A DNA stretch of 64,000 nucleotides from the human T2T-CHM13v2.0 reference genome, Homo sapiens, in assembly GCF_009914755.1 (NCBI RefSeq), contig NC_060936.1; one strand, given 5' to 3'. The notes beneath the pieces were generated by a model. That model was not told where the DNA came from, searched no databases, and worked only from the letters and a program-made list of their open reading frames with translations. Positions 24,478-47,134 of this stretch are shown piece after piece; positions within the stretch are counted from its first letter, which is position 1, and the number at the start of each line of letters is the position of its first letter. Made by a program: the position numbers and the translations under genes.

Positions 24478-26368
24478 TTTATTCAGCATCTTATTTTAGG
24501 TGTCTGCTACAGTTCCACTTTTGGCTGTCCATCGTTTATAAACACCGTTCATCACATATACACACTTAAAATTTTTTGTGCTAGATGAAACACAATGCCT
24601 GCATCTCTAAAAGAAGATACTCGAAAGCTTCTCATCTGTTTGCTGTACCTAATTGCAGATCCAGATCTCAAGCCTAGCTGCAATTCCTTGATGTCCTATG
24701 ACCTATGTTTAAAAGATGTTATATATCATCGAAACATCCAGTATACAATAGTGGAGAAGGAAGACTGTAACATAATGAAAAGTTCCATCAAAAAAGGAGT
24801 GATGGGAAATTTCTCCAGTAACCAGTGATTCACAGTAAATATTCTGCTGGGCAGAAATAGCAAGGGTGCCCTTCCTAGCGCTGAATTAGTAACCTTTGTT
24901 GGCCAATTTGGCAGCCCTCAGGTCTGTTTTCTGGGAGAATCTACTGTCTATTGTCCTTGAAGGCCATTATCTCTAGGGTGGACATTGAACAGAATGCCTT
25001 TGAGGGGATTTACTTCACTTTACAACCAAGCCTATTTAAAGGATTGGTTGTATTTGTTTTGGCCAATTCCTACCACACTCATTCTAAATCAGGCTTTCAC
25101 CCAAACCATCCCACTGAAATTGTTCTTGTCAAGATAGCAATATTGCTAATTCTAATAGTCAGTCCTTAGATCTCTTACTTTACCTATCAGGAGCGTTTGA
25201 CACAGTTGATCACCTCGTCTTCTTGGAAATATATTTTTTCTTTTGGCTTCAAGGACACCACGTTTTTCTGGCTTTCTTCCTACCTCACTGGCTGCTGCTT
25301 CTTTGCTGTTTCTTTTTTGCTAACTTTCCCCAACCTCTAAGTATTGGAGGAGACATTTTTCTCTATTTATAGTTCTTTGGCCATTTCATTCAATTTCATA
25401 ACTTTAAATCCTATCTATATCTGATCTATGTATTAATTGGTCCTAAATGTGTATCTTCCAGCCTAGACCTCTCCCTTCAACCCCAGCAAAGAAATAAAGT
25501 GGAAAAAATTGCTGAAATATTGGTGGGAAGGAATAGGATACCCCATATCTATATTTCTTCTCTAAAAAGTACTTCATGTTGCTATGTCCCTTTGGTCTTC
25601 TTCCCCCACATCCTGTCATGTTAATATTTTCTAGAATTTTAGTTTTGTGATGTTATAGATTTAGTTCTATGACGTTCTCTTCTTCCTTTCTTTCATTTCT
25701 TTAGATAATAATTATTATCATTTCCCATATCTCTTGGGGCATGTTCCTAGACTGATTTATCTGAATGCTTCTATGATTGTTTTCTAAGTAGAACTTTTTG
25801 TGGCAAACCTTTTGAGTATGGTTTTATTACCACTACCACTTAAATGATAATATCACCTTTAAAAAATATGAATGTTAAATTGTTGTCAAAGTCCTTTGGA
25901 GCATCGTGAGGATATAAACATATGCTTTTTATTTGTTAACAATTTATATATATATATATGCACACACATATGTATTATATATTTATTAACCATATATATA
26001 ATATATAATTATATTCATACATTTCCTAATATCAAACCATTCTTTCACTCCTGGCATGGACCCTACTTGCTGCTAGATTTTATTGATAGTATCTCATTTA
26101 GAACTTTGCCCTAATGTTTGCAAGTAAGAAAGATGGATCTATATTTTCTTTTTTGGTGGGCAGTCTTTTGGGTTTTTAAATAAATAATCTGCTGACTTTG
26201 ATATGTATTTGGAAGGGTTCCTCCTCCCTGTGTTCTGGAACAGTTTAGTGAAATTTGGTTCCTTAAAGGGATAGAGAATTCACTTGTAAAATTCTCTGGG
26301 TGTGGTGCTTTTTGGTGTGATAGCTCTGATATTTTCTATGTCCTGTATCGTAACTTATCTGTTTGTAG

Positions 26369-26725
<357 letters not shown>

Positions 26726-27389
26726 TAGATATTTTTTCTAGAAAATAATTCATTACACACATGTAAAAATCGATTTACTCAGGTTTAAGCAAAATAATCT
26801 TTTCATTATTTGAATTTCCTTTTTACCTTTGTAATGTCCCCATTCTCATTTCTTATTCTGGTTTTTCTCATGCCTGCCCTCTTTACCTCTCCCTTTTTTA
26901 AAGTTAGATAATAGTTTATATTTTCCATTAATAATTAGCTCTGGATATTTTAAATTTAGATTCTATAATTTTCTGTTGTCTATTCAATTAACTTCTGCTT
27001 TTACTAATTTATTCTTTATGTTTTCATTAAATTTAGTTCATTCTTTTGAGGTGGGTGTTTAATTAATTTTTAAACATTTTTTTGATTAATATTAATATTT
27101 AAGACTTTGAAATTTCCTATGCACACAGTTTTAGCTGTATCTCATAGATTTTAATATATAGTATATATACTATAATATATAATATATAGTATTTTCATTA
27201 TTGTTTTATTTTAGATAGCAATTTTGGTTTTGTTTTCTTCTTTGAATCAAGAGTTGTTTAAGAGGGTGATAAATCTCATATGGATAAGATTTTAAAGATT
27301 ACTTAGTTCTGTTCTTAATTTCTAGTTTTATTGTGTTATTATTGGGGAATGTTCATTTGCATCATTTCTGCACTTTAGAGTTTATTCAA

Positions 27390-27610
27390 GTATTGGTTAG
27401 GAGTGTAGACTCTGGATCCACACTGCGTGGGTTCAAGTCCTGGTTTTCCCATGTATCAGCTGCATGACCTCAGGCGTGTTGTTTAACCTCTCTGTGTCTC
27501 AAGTTTTATCATGGGGTTGTTATGGGGATTAAAATAATTAAGATCTACAAAGTACTTATGAATAGTACCTGGTACATTTTAAAGTTTCATAGATATGTTA
27601 ACCATTAGTA
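27390..27610 (+). mobile_element. MIR SINE
   Basis: ggttaggagtgtagactctgga...gggttcaagtcctgg...gacctcagg...taacctctctgtgtctca. Confidence 0.75.
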
Positions 27611-27905
27611 TTCATATAGTTGTTTATCATATACTTTTTGATGCGTTTTTCAAAAGTTTCTGAAATGAAAGGATATTCTGGTTTTTCAGGAGTATTACAT
27701 TAACTCTATTTTCCTGTTTAGGTTACTTAGATACTCTGTAGTCAAACTTTTCTTGTTTATTTGACCTTTATGGCTTGAGACAGGTGAATTTGAGCCTGTC
27801 CAACTATGAATCTCTTTGCATTTCCTGAAGTTTTGGTGCTCCTTAGAAGGTGCAGAAATCTTTGTGTCTGTTTTTATTGTGGAGTGTGGAGTGCAACCTT
27901 TATTC

Positions 27906-28204
<299 letters not shown>

Positions 28205-29149
28205 GCAGCCTTTATCCTTATAAATACTTCTCCTTCTCTCATTTAATATGTTTACTCTGAAATAAATATTGACTTGATATTAAGATCAAGATTCTGTTTT
28301 TTTTCATTTGCTTGGTGGGTTTTTGCTCATCTTTTGACTTTTACACTTTCTGAGTTACTTAAATATTCTTTTTCTATTGAATTTTTTGGTAATTCTTACA
28401 AACCAGGACATTTCATCATAACCTCAATGCAACCATTAAACTTAGGAAATTAATATTTGATACACTACTGATACATTATAACCATATCAACCACACACCC
28501 CATTTAGATATTTCCCATTGTTTCAATAATGATCCTATGACAGAAGGATCCAGTCCAAGATTATGCATAGCATTTAGTTGTCACAGTTCTTCGATCTTTC
28601 CATGACTTTCATGACATTGCCACTTTTGAAGATTATAGACCAGTTATTGTGCAGAGTGTCCCCAGTTTGGGTTCATCTTATGTTCTTCATGATTAAATTT
28701 CAGGCTTTTCACTTTTGGCAGGAATATCAGTCAGTCATACTGAATTCTCTGCATTGCATTCTATCAGCCGGCACATGATTTTGATTTATCCGATTTCTGT
28801 GATGGTACTGATTAAGGTGATGTCTGCCAGCTGTCTCCACTGTGAAGTGACTCTTTTTCTTCTAGTGAAATTAATAAATATTTTGTGGAAAGGTACTTTG
28901 AAACTATGTAAGTATCCTTTTCCTTATCAAACTTTTACCAATTAGTTTTAGTGCTCATTGATGTTTCCTGGTTGAATTATCACCCTGATGGTTGCTGAAT
29001 AGTGATTTTCTACTTCAATCATTCCTTCTGAATTTATTAGCTACCATTCTACTGTAAGAAAAACCTTTCTCATATCCCCATTTACTTATCCATTCATTTA
29101 TTTAATCAATATGGACTCATGGCTTCCTATTTATTCAATGATTTATAAT

Positions 29150-29360
29150 CTTCATTTCTTTTCCTTTCTTCCTTTTTTCTCTTCTTTTCTTTTCCTTTCC
29201 TTTCTATTTATTCAATGATTTATAGTCTTCCTTTCTTTTCCTTCCTTCATTTTTTCTCTTCTTTTTCCTTCCTTCCTTCTTTCTTTTCTTTTTTCTTTCT
29301 CTCTCTCTTTCTTTCTTTCATTCATTTTCTTTCTTTCTCCTTCCTTCCTTTCTTTCTTTC
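29150..29360. repeat. CT-rich low-complexity tract (TTTC/TTCC)
   Basis: Direct reading; includes a duplicated ctatttattcaatgatttata motif. Confidence 0.85.
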
Positions 29361-31471
29361 TATTATAATCTTTTATAATACTTTTCCTTTCCGCTGAATT
29401 TTGTTAGTCTGAGATAATTCAATATTATTGGGATTAAGCTAACCTTCTCATTAGATTTTGTATTCTTTTGATATGTCTCCATCATTTTTTGAGCATTTTC
29501 TTACTTTCTGGTACAACAAGTCATTCCAGCCTTATCATGTACTTTCTCTGTCCTACCCCTGGTATTAGCCATTTCTCCAAGGATCCCTGTTCTCTTAATT
29601 GTATTTGGAAAAGAAGATATAGGCTCTATATATGCTCACTGTTCTTAGGATGTTACTGCTTCTAGGTCTCCTAGTGGTCAAGCTAGGAAATGTATCTATG
29701 TATTTATATATGTATGTGCATTCCTATGAATAAATTATATATGTGCATTCCTATGAATAAATTATATATGCATATTTACACCTACATGTATTTCTACATC
29801 GAATTATATATCAAAGACCATAAGTTCTCACCATTACCTCCAATTCCAATCTAACACCACATTGTTCAGGCTCAGTCACCCTGCACCACCTAGACCCCCT
29901 CACTCTGTTTGAGCTGCAACCCCCCACATCAGGCCGGATGGGTGCCCTTCTCATCCTACTCGGGCCCTGATGCCCCATGCCAGGTCACTGCTCCCCTTCA
30001 CCCACTGTGCTCCTGGTAGATGCCCTCCTCATCTTCTGTTCCAACACCTTTCTCTGGCTTTCTCGTAATCCCCCACTCCCTGTTCATGCAGATGCCTGCC
30101 TTGCTCTGCTCTACCCACTGGCTTTTGTACTGAAATTCAGAAAGTAAGGCAGGAATATAGGCAGACAGGAAGGGAGGCAAAGTAAAGCAGTTCCATTGTT
30201 CTTGATGTATAATATTTATGAATCCATTGTTTATAGTTTGGTTTTGCTTTATGTCCTGATCTGAGACTCTTGCTTTTTATGACATGAATTTGTTTTATTT
30301 TTGTTTGTTCACATGAAAGGCATGTTTGTACTAGTTATATCTTCTTAATGCCATCCTTTTATTTTAACAATTTAAAATGTATATTTTGCTATATGATCTG
30401 TTTTTTCCTTTTTATGTATAGTTCTGCTAATATAAAAGATTTATAGTTTGTTTATAGTCCTATTGCTTATCTTTTTAATCAACTTCAAATGATGTACTCA
30501 AATCTTTATTCAGAGTTTACTCCCTCTACTATCAACTATTAAAACAGTATACTTCTACTTTCTCCTTTTCCCTTCCTTTTTATCATCTGGTTTTCATGGA
30601 TTATATTATTATGAATTCTTCTAGTGATTTACTTTAAACCTTGATTATTTGATTTAGCATGTTAAAAATATTTTTTGATCCTTCAACTATAAAAGTTGTA
30701 AAGTCCACCTACTTATATGAATTCCCTCTTTCTCTTCCATCCGTATGCTGATTTTTTGTTACATTCTCAAAGTTTATAACATTTACCCCCTACTCTGTAA
30801 CCATAATTTCCACAGCACTTTTAGCTTTGTCCTGCATTAAAATGGATTTAGCACTCATAGCTACTCCTTTTACCTCATATTCTCCATTTATCTCTTGGCT
30901 GGCTGAAGTTTATCTTCTAATGGTTTTTTAAAAGAGTTAATAGAATGGAATTCCTTCAATTGTTGCATATTGAAAGTATTTGCCTATTGCCTTAGCCTGG
31001 TAAAATAGCTTGACTAAAGACAGAATGCTTGGATATCACCTTTCTTCTCCCAGAGGACTGTGTAGGAATTTCTCCATGGTCTTTTGATGTTGAAATCAGG
31101 AGCTAGCCCGATCTATTTCTTTTCCCTTCAGTCCGTGTGTTGATAGTTTTGGCTGGATGCCCAGATGATTCTTTCTTTATCTTTGAAGATAAGAAACTCT
31201 ATTAGGCCAGTTCTTAAAATTGGTCTTTTTGAATCAGTTTTTTTCTTTCAATCTGTAGATTCAAGTTTTTTTAAAATTAAAATTTTTAATTGTGGTAAAA
31301 TACACAAAACATAAAATCTACCAGCTTAGCCATTAAGTGTACAGTTCAATGGTGTTAAGTATATTCACATTGTTATATAACCAATCTCCAGAACTTTTGC
31401 ATCTTGAAAAACTGAAACTATATTTATTAAACAACTCCTTATTTCCCCCTGCCCTCTGCTAGATTCAAGTT

Positions 31472-31772
31472 GTCTTCCCTCCCTTCCCTCCTTCCCTTCC
31501 TCTTCCCCTTCTCCTTCTGTCCTTCCTTCCTTCCTTCCTTCCTTCCTTCCTTCCTTCCTTCCTTCCTTCCCTCCCTCCCTCCGTCCTTCTTTCCTTCCTT
31601 CCTTCCTTCCTTCCTTCCTTCCTTCCTTCCTTCCTTCCTCTCTTTCTCTTTCTGTCTATTGAGAGACAGTCACACTATGTGCAGGCTGGTATTGAACTCC
31701 TGGGCTGAAGCAATCCTCCTGCCTCAGTCTTCAGAGTCACTGGGATTACAGGCGTGCACCACTGCTTCTGGC
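31472..31772 (-). mobile_element. Alu monomer (FLAM-like) with an adjacent (TTCC)n microsatellite at its tail
   Basis: (TTCC)n 31472-31655, then gagacag...aactcctgggctgaagcaatcctcctgcctcag...ctgggattacaggcgtg. Confidence 0.8.
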
Positions 31773-33082
31773 TAGAATTTTATTTTTAAGAAATCTTTTT
31801 TCACTTATGTTTCCTATTCCACGTGTTCAGTTCTCTTTTTCAGGAGCACTCATTATACATATGGTTGCTCTGGTTACAAACAAGGTGACCTTGCTTTTGC
31901 TCTTCTGGGTTTGTCATGTACTTAGAGAAGTCTGCGTATTGCCAGCTCTGCCCATGATCTGTTATTATGGGACACTGTGTCAGCATCCTCCCTCCATTTG
32001 GTTCCAGTTTCACTGGAATTGGCAGAATTTCTTCAAAGAAAGTGTTATTTGGGGTTGTAAGGGCTTTCTATTTTCATCTAAGATGGAATTTACATATCTG
32101 CATTTATTTTCCTTGTTGTAAAATTCAGTTGGTTTCAGAGGTAAGAAATTAGTAGATATATCTTTATTTCTTTTCCTTACATTTAGAATTATGTTATTGA
32201 ATGTTTTCCCCATTAATTTGTATATAATTTATTTAGAATGTCATCCATATCTGAATGTTAAAACTTCCATAACCTCAGAAAGCAGGAAAATGACTGTCAA
32301 CCCAGAAGTAGGCTGTTTTTCATTAAATCAGCATTTTCAGTCATTTCATGAAATATTCAGTGGAAAGGGAGGTAGAAGGCTATGCTCAGCCTTCCATCTG
32401 GTACAGATGTGTTTGTGTATGCCTTGAGTAGTTTGAACATGGGTCCACCCTGTCCTCACAATAAAGTCACATAGTCCACAGGCCTATGCCACAAGGGGGA
32501 ACTATCTGCTCCTTGTTTCTCATAGACCCTTTGGATTGCTGCCATTGTCTCTGGGGTTGGTAGGGATTTCATCAGGATTGGGGTTTTCTCTGAAACAGTA
32601 TCTGGGGTTAGCTCTTGCTCCTTCATCAAGCTTTGTCATAATCACTGTGTGTCCAAAGTCACCAATTTGTGAATGTGAAATGGTTGAAGTTGTCTCTCCT
32701 TTGAGGAGGATGAACCTGGGGAATTTTGGGGGTGCTGTAGGCAGGTAATCCTAGAGCTTGCTTCTCCTTCGTTCAGTACACAGACAACTGGTTAACCACC
32801 TGTTTCCTGCCGAGTGTTAGGCATTCTGAGATGAATTCCGCCTGGACCTACTTCTGAAGTGTTGCCTCTCTGGTGAAGAGGTATTATAGCAGACATGCAA
32901 ATGCATATTCTAAGAACAGAGAGGATGGAGACATTCATCTCACAGGATATAAATGAGGAGGTGGGTGGAAGTGGGTGAATTCATTCAACATTGAACCAAT
33001 GTTTCTTGGGTGCTTTCTGTGTTCCAGGCACTATTCTAGGCACTGGGGATATAGAAGTAAAAGAGCAGACAGAAATCCCTGC

Positions 33083-34400
33083 TGATATGGCTTCGCTGTG
33101 TCCCCATCTAAATTTCATCTTGAATTCCCATGTGTTGTGGGAGGGACCTGGTGGGAGGTAATTGAATCATGGGGGCAGGCCTTTCCTGTGCTGCTCTGGT
33201 GATAGTGAATAAGTCTCATGAGATCTGATGGTTTTATAAAGGGGATTTTCCCTGCACAAGCTCTCTTCTCTTGTCTGCTGCCATGTGAGATGTGCCTTTC
33301 ACCTTCCACCATGATTGTGAGGCCTCCACAGCCACGTGGAACTCTAAGTCCAATAAACCTCTTTCTTTCGTAAATTGCCCAGTCTCCACTATGTCTTTAT
33401 CAGCAGCATGAAAACTGACTAATACACTAAACTGGTACTGTATTAGCACTGATTAATACAGTAGAGTGGGATGTTGCTGAAAAGATACCTGAAAATGTGA
33501 AAGCAACTTTGGAACTGGGTAGCAGGCAGAGGCTGGAACAGTTTGGAGGGCTCAGAAGAAGACAGGGAAATGTGGGAAATTCTGGAACTTCCTAGAGACT
33601 TGTTGAATGGCTTTGCCCAAAATGCTGATAGCAACATGGACAATAAAGTCCAGGCTGAGGTGGTCTCTGATGGAAATGAGGAACTTGTTTTGGGAACTGG
33701 AGCAAAGGTGACTCTTGTTATGTGTTAGCAAAGAGACTGGCAGCATTTTGCTTCTGCCCTAGAGATTTGTGGAACTTTGAACTTGAGAGAGATGATTTAG
33801 GGTTTTTGGTGGAAGAGGTTTCTAGGCAGCAAAGCATTCAAGATGTGACTTGGGTGCTGTTAAAGGCATTCCGTTTTATGAGGGAAGCAGAGCATAAATG
33901 TTCAGAAAATTTGCAGCCTGACAATGTGATAGAAGATAAAATCCCATTTTCTGAAGAGAAATTCAAGCCGGCTGCAGAAATTTGCACAAGTAATGAGGAG
34001 CCGAATGTTAATCCACAAGATGATGGGGAAAATGTCTCTAGGACATGTCAGAGGTTTTCACAGCAGCCCCTCCCATCACAGGCCTGGAGGCCTAGGAGGA
34101 AAAAGTGGTTATATGGGCCAGGCCCAGGGTACCTGTGCTCTGTGCAGCCTAGAGACTTGGTGTCTTGTGTTTGAGCTACTCTAGCCATGGCTGAAAGGGG
34201 CCAACATAGAGCTTGGGCTGTGGCTCCAGAGGGTGCAAGCCCCAAGCCTTGGCAGCTTTTATGTGGTGCTGAGCCTGTGAGTGCGCAGAATTCAAGAATT
34301 GGGGTTTGGGAACCTCCACCTAGATTTCAGAGGATGTATGAAAACACCTAGATGTCCAGGCAGAAGTTTGCTGCAGGGGTGGAGAACTCATGGAGCACCT
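33083..34400 (+). mobile_element. THE1 MaLR: 5' LTR (33083-33426) plus ~1 kb of THE1 internal sequence, no 3' LTR
   Basis: tgatatgg...tgtgtcccca...ctaataca LTR; internal sequence with decayed ORFs (33543..34174). Confidence 0.88.
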
Positions 34401-36600
<2,200 letters not shown>

Positions 36601-37437
36601 GGGGTGGGAAGAACAGTCTAGAATCAATGGCTCCGGGCATGTTAAAGAGCAGAAGACCCTGTGCCTGGCCTGGGGAGGGGTCTGGCAGAAGATCTGACTG
36701 CTTTCTTTGCCCCCTGAAGTCATGAGTGATCTTCCCTGGTTCATGTGTGTGCAAGACACAGCCATGAGCTGTAGGGGAGGAAAACAAAGTTGCAGGAGGA
36801 GAAAGAGGTGACCAAGACCCCTTTGAGAGACTTTAGTCCTTTGGGGAAGATAATTTGCACATCTAGAGCACAGTCAAAAGTGGTTTCTCTGCACCACATC
36901 ACAAGAATAACCTTAATGGATTCAATTGGTCTTCTTAGCCAAGTGCCAGTTGTCACTGTAGTAGCTCATTACTTTACTGTCTGACCTAATTAGCCATTGC
37001 CAGCCACTTTGGCCCAGTGTAGAATGTACGAATAGAGGGCAGGAGAGATGAATTTCTGATAAAGGTACCAGAAAGTGGCTTTAGTATAAATGGCTCAGGC
37101 TTTGATTATTTTCAGGATGATAAATCCTGGTTCTTTGGAATTTGATTTAATTTTTGGAAATGCTCAAATGTCACTAGGAGTAATGTGTGAAGAGTAAGAG
37201 GGGGACGAAAACTGGAGTGGCATTTGGACTCAAAGGAGGCTCAGCAATGTGGATGTGGCTCCAAGTGAATAAAAGGGCTTGTTAGAGGCTCTGCCTTCCA
37301 GGCAGCCTGTGACTGGCCAAGGGCCTGGGTCAGGACATCCTATGCCTTGTGTTGGTCCAGGGAGGGCTTTTCTCCCTGCACTTCCTCCAGGGCCCATCCC
37401 ATAGAGCACAGGCACACAGCAAGTTGGATGCTTTCGT

Positions 37438-37443
37438 TTTAAT
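37438..37443 (-). terminator. LACRT polyadenylation signal ATTAAA
   Basis: GCTATTAAAACGAAAGCATC, ~60 nt after the stop; homologous to the DCD signal. Confidence 0.8.
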
Positions 37444-37504
37444 AGCTCTGGGCTACAAGGGTATTTAAGGCTTTAAGTCCAATGATCCCATTCTTTTCAG
37501 CTTC

Positions 37505-41453
<3,949 letters not shown>

Positions 41454-41530
41454 TCTTTGGGATGAGGAGTGAGTATAACCACAGAATCTGCAGAAGGTCT
41501 GGGGAATAAGGATGCTGAAATTGCTGGGCC

Positions 41531-41690
41531 CTTTTAAGGATATCAAGGGCCAATGGGAACCAAGCCTGGAGAGGTGTGACTTCCGCATCCTCCTCCCCTT
41601 CTTCCCCAAACTGTCACCTGCTAAGTCAACAAGGGATAGGTTGGGCTGGCTGATACCTGGGATCCTTGCAGGCAGGTCCTGGATAGGAGC
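41531..41690 (-). promoter_or_regulatory. LACRT proximal promoter (TATA-like TTAAAAG, CCAAT, E-box, FOX site)
   Basis: TTAAAAG 41537-41531; CCAAT 41550-41554; CACCTG 41615-41620; TGTTGACTTA 41631-41622. All conserved in the DCD promoter. Confidence 0.7.
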
Positions 41691-43414
41691 CTTTCTCTAA
41701 CTCCCAGCCATCCCTTTTCTTTCTCCCTCCTCCCTTCCCCACCACACCTGCCCTCTGGGTTCACACCCCTGGGCTCTCAGGGACGGTAGGTAGAGCACAT
41801 TTCACTTGGGGAGATTCTGGGATGTGTCTGTTGAGGGTTCTGGTAGAGAAATCTTAATCTTGTCATCTCTCCAGGAGGAGGTTGAGGGCTCAGGGGATTA
41901 CATTGTCCACCTTCTGTCCCAGTCTACATAGGACTCAGTGCAGGGTTTGAAGGTTTCCCCAAACTAAGTGAGCCCGTTTCCTTGGGAGACCACACCTAGA
42001 ACACTTGAGGCCTGAGTTCCTGGCTGCTTTCTCCCCATGAGGGGATGGGTTTGAAGGCGTGTGTGCCTTCTCTGGAGTTGTTCTCTGTTCTTGACATTAT
42101 CCAGCCCCTAAAAAGAACTCCTCCAGGCTCACATAGGCCTGTCAATCTCTGTCTTCAGGCCTACTCAATGGGACCCCACATTTCTGAGAGAATCTCCTGG
42201 TCAAAGCATGATGGTGGTTCACTGAAATTGGAGCTTGGTTCTGACTTCAAGTGGGGAGCTGACCCATGGTGTGAATAATCCAGAAAAGCAGATTATTCTA
42301 AAGAAGCTTCTCTTTGACTTGGCGTTTCTTCCTTTCCTGATCTGGGACTCTAGAGGTCTGGATTTTGAGTTCTGGCTTTGTCATATGAAAATGTTAGGAT
42401 TTGAAAAGTGATAGGATTTTTATTTGTTGTCTAGGAGTTGTGGCTCCTATGTACAGCATAGTGGTGGAGATTAAGTGGGATAATATACGGCAAAGCATTT
42501 TTTTAGACAGCGAAGTTCTATGGAGTTGTGTGGGGTTCTTGTACCATCTTTCCAAGTAGGTTTTTGTCCAGGCTGGTGCTAAATGCTAGATATTAATAGA
42601 ACGGGCCGTGGAGCAGGAGTCAGTTGAGGGGCTGAAGGGTGGAGAATAAGGTGCTGGATGTCAATTTGTGACTTTCCCCTTGCTTGGTGTTGGCATTCAC
42701 CCAGCCCCATGTGGGCTGATTCCGGAGGCTTCTCTGCCTCATGGTAGCTCTGAAGATGAGTGTGAGAAGGGGGTATTGAAGAGTTTTCAACATGAGGGTG
42801 TTTTGGGTGCCAGGGTTTAGAACATTAATCTTTTCAGGAGATAAAGGAAGATAAAATTAATGGGGTGGGACATTAAAGCCTTGGCAATTGCTACCTGCCT
42901 GAGGGTCTGGGCCTGGGAGCCTTGAAGGTGGTGGTGGCCTTACCTGGAATGGGGAAGGCTGAAGAACAAGAGAAAGTTTTGATGGCACCAGTGCCCTGGG
43001 TATGTGCACATACGTGTGTGCACGTGTGTGTACACTGCAGAAGGAGAAGTCCTGCAGATCCCAAACAGATCTAGATCCCGAGCAGTCTCCATGAGCACAT
43101 TAAAAAAGTCAACAGGAGCAAATTATGCTATTTGCACAAGACTTTTCTAAGAGGAAATGAGAACTTTGGCGTCAACACTAGAACTGTCACAGAGCAGGGT
43201 CTTTCCAAATGTCACCGCATAGCCCTTTCCTCTCCCAAATCTTCCTCCTGGCCTCAGTAATTAAAGAGGCAAGCATTTACATAAATAGGGATGAGGTGAA
43301 AGTAAGGACATTTGTTTTATAGAAAATTTTCATTATTCTATAACAGGGCCCAGAGAAATGTTACCCCAAATTATAGAGCCTGGGAAAGAATTGGGTGCAT
43401 AGATTAAAGAGGCA

Positions 43415-43505
43415 GACCTCATGGATATGGGTGAGAGGCTGCTCTGTGCAATGTCTTGACGGACCTCATGGATATGGGTGAGGGGCTGCTCTGTGTGATG
43501 TCTTG
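43415..43505. repeat. 47-bp tandem duplication
   Basis: gacctcatggatatgggtgagrggctgctctgtg..atgtcttg x2. Confidence 0.9.
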
Positions 43506-43559
43506 TTTTCTAGGTTATCTGACCTCCATGATGACTGTCAGTTCGCTGATCTGTGTCTT

Positions 43560-44355
43560 GTCTCATGGGCTGCTCGTTGTACCTCTCTCCCCTCTGCCTC
43601 AGGTTTATTCTCTCTCATCTCTGCACTGGTCTGGAAGGATGCCTCTATGGGCTGTATCACCTGGGCTCCCATGCCCTCTAGCTTCGAGTTGAGTTTGGCC
43701 AATGGGAGACACAGGTGGGAGATGGGAGGGTGGGAAAAGGGAGAGATCAAGGCATTTGTTCCTCCTGCTCCCTCTCTTGCTTTGGCATGTGTGGTAGGAC
43801 GACTTCAGAGATAGCTCCTGGTGATGCCTACGTCTTGGCATTGGTGCCCTGCTGTAATTTCCTCTGCTTAACTGGGCTGGGTCTCGAGATTCACTCCTAA
43901 CAAATAGAAGATGGCAAAGTGATGAGGTAGTCAGTTCTGAGACTATGACTTTAGTCTTGTTTACACACACTCTGTCTCTGGATCTTCTCAGCTTGCTCTG
44001 ATGAAGTGAGTGGCCATGTGTGAGGCTGTCCTGTGGAGAGACCTACGTGGCAAGAAACCGAGGACAGCCTCCAGCCTGTAGCCAGTAAGGAGCCGAGGCC
44101 CTTAGTCCAGCTATCTGTGAGGAACTCAACCCTGCCAGCTACCACATGACTGAGCTTGGAAGTGGGTCTTTCCTCAGCTGAGTTTTGAGGTGACCGCAGC
44201 CTCGATGATACCTTGACTGCAGCCTCATTAGAGACTCTGTGTCTGAGGGCGCATCTGTACCTGGACTGCTGATCCATAACAACTGTGGATAAGAAATCAT
44301 GTGTGAAGCCACCAAATGTTTGAATAATTTTTACAGCCACGGATACTTAATGCAG
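43560..44355. mobile_element. Old ERVL-class LTR fragment followed by an MLT1F/G-like MaLR LTR (~43865-44355)
   Basis: gagtttggccaatgggag...ggagatgggaggg; ctgtggagagacctacgtggcaagaaac...gagcttggaag...gactgcagcc. Confidence 0.65.
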
Positions 44356-44567
44356 CATGGTGTGGCAATGGCTGTTTCTCTCTGACTGCAGCTTCTGTCT
44401 GGTCCCTGTTTCAGAGCGCCATCTCTTGTTGTCAGGTGACATTATTCACCCCCACCCCCCAACACGCTGCTTCAGACTTCCTGCTGTTGCTAGTCCATAC
44501 TTGAATCTCTGTAAATAATAGATACATTTTTCCTTAAAGAACCTTTTTTAAAAAAAGCCCTCCTGAG

Positions 44568-46257
<1,690 letters not shown>

Positions 46258-46664
46258 AAGCCCTCCTGAGTGTGCCATTTGTTTTCTACTTGGACCTCTC
46301 CACTGATACACCACTTCCTGTCTGAACTGTGATGAATGTCTTTTCCTCATTCCCCTCCCTGTGTGTTAGGCCATGTTCTGGGGGCTGGTGGGGAAGCAGA
46401 GACTCCAAAGGGAGGAATTGACATGGACTATTTAGGGTAGACTGCTCCTGCATTGGAGACACAGGCACACGTTGATCTCCGAGGGCCATTCTACCCTGGC
46501 TGCTGTGCTCGACATGGCTTGTCTTCTCTGCCAAGCCCTGTGGCCTGCACAAGCTCTGCCACACTCCTGTGATGCCTCCGATCTTCCACCTTGGCCATCG
46601 GGGAGGTGTAAAGACAAAGCAATGAGTGAAAAAATTTTAAAAATGTGAATTCTGTTTCTTTAAC

Positions 46665-46910
46665 ATACATACAGCATGTAGTATGTGCCAAGCACTATTC
46701 TCAGAGCTTTATCCATTTTAATCTCACTTAATCCTCCTAACAACCCAATGAGATAAAGTACTATTAATACTCTTACTTTCTAGATAAGCAGACTAAGGCA
46801 AAGGCAGTTTAAGATGCTGGCCCATGATAACACAGCTAGTGAGTGGCAGAGCTGGATTTCAATGTGGGCTTCCTAGTTTCAGAGTCTGTGCTGTCAACCA
46901 CAACTCCTTG
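46665..46910 (-). mobile_element. MIR SINE
   Basis: atgtgccaagcactattct...ttaatcctcctaacaaccc...gactaaggca...cacagctagtgagtggcagagctggatt. Confidence 0.8.
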
Positions 46911-46989
46911 CTGGAATGTTAAATTCCATTTTAAAATAAATATGAGGACTCTGTAACATTACATTTCTCTAGTTTAACTAATTGGTACC

Positions 46990-47085
46990 TGTATTCATTA
47001 GGGTTCTCCAGGGAAATAGTACTAATTGGATATGTGTGTATTTGTATGTATATGTATTTATATATAGTATGAATATTTATAGACA

Positions 47086-47134
<49 letters not shown>

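Noticed and set aside
43471-43488. 18-nt exact match (gatatgggtgaggggctg) to the DCD 3' flank at 51006-51023
   Set aside because: Flanking similarity is marginal, and this region is better explained as colinear with the DCD upstream region. A chance match cannot be excluded without an alignment.
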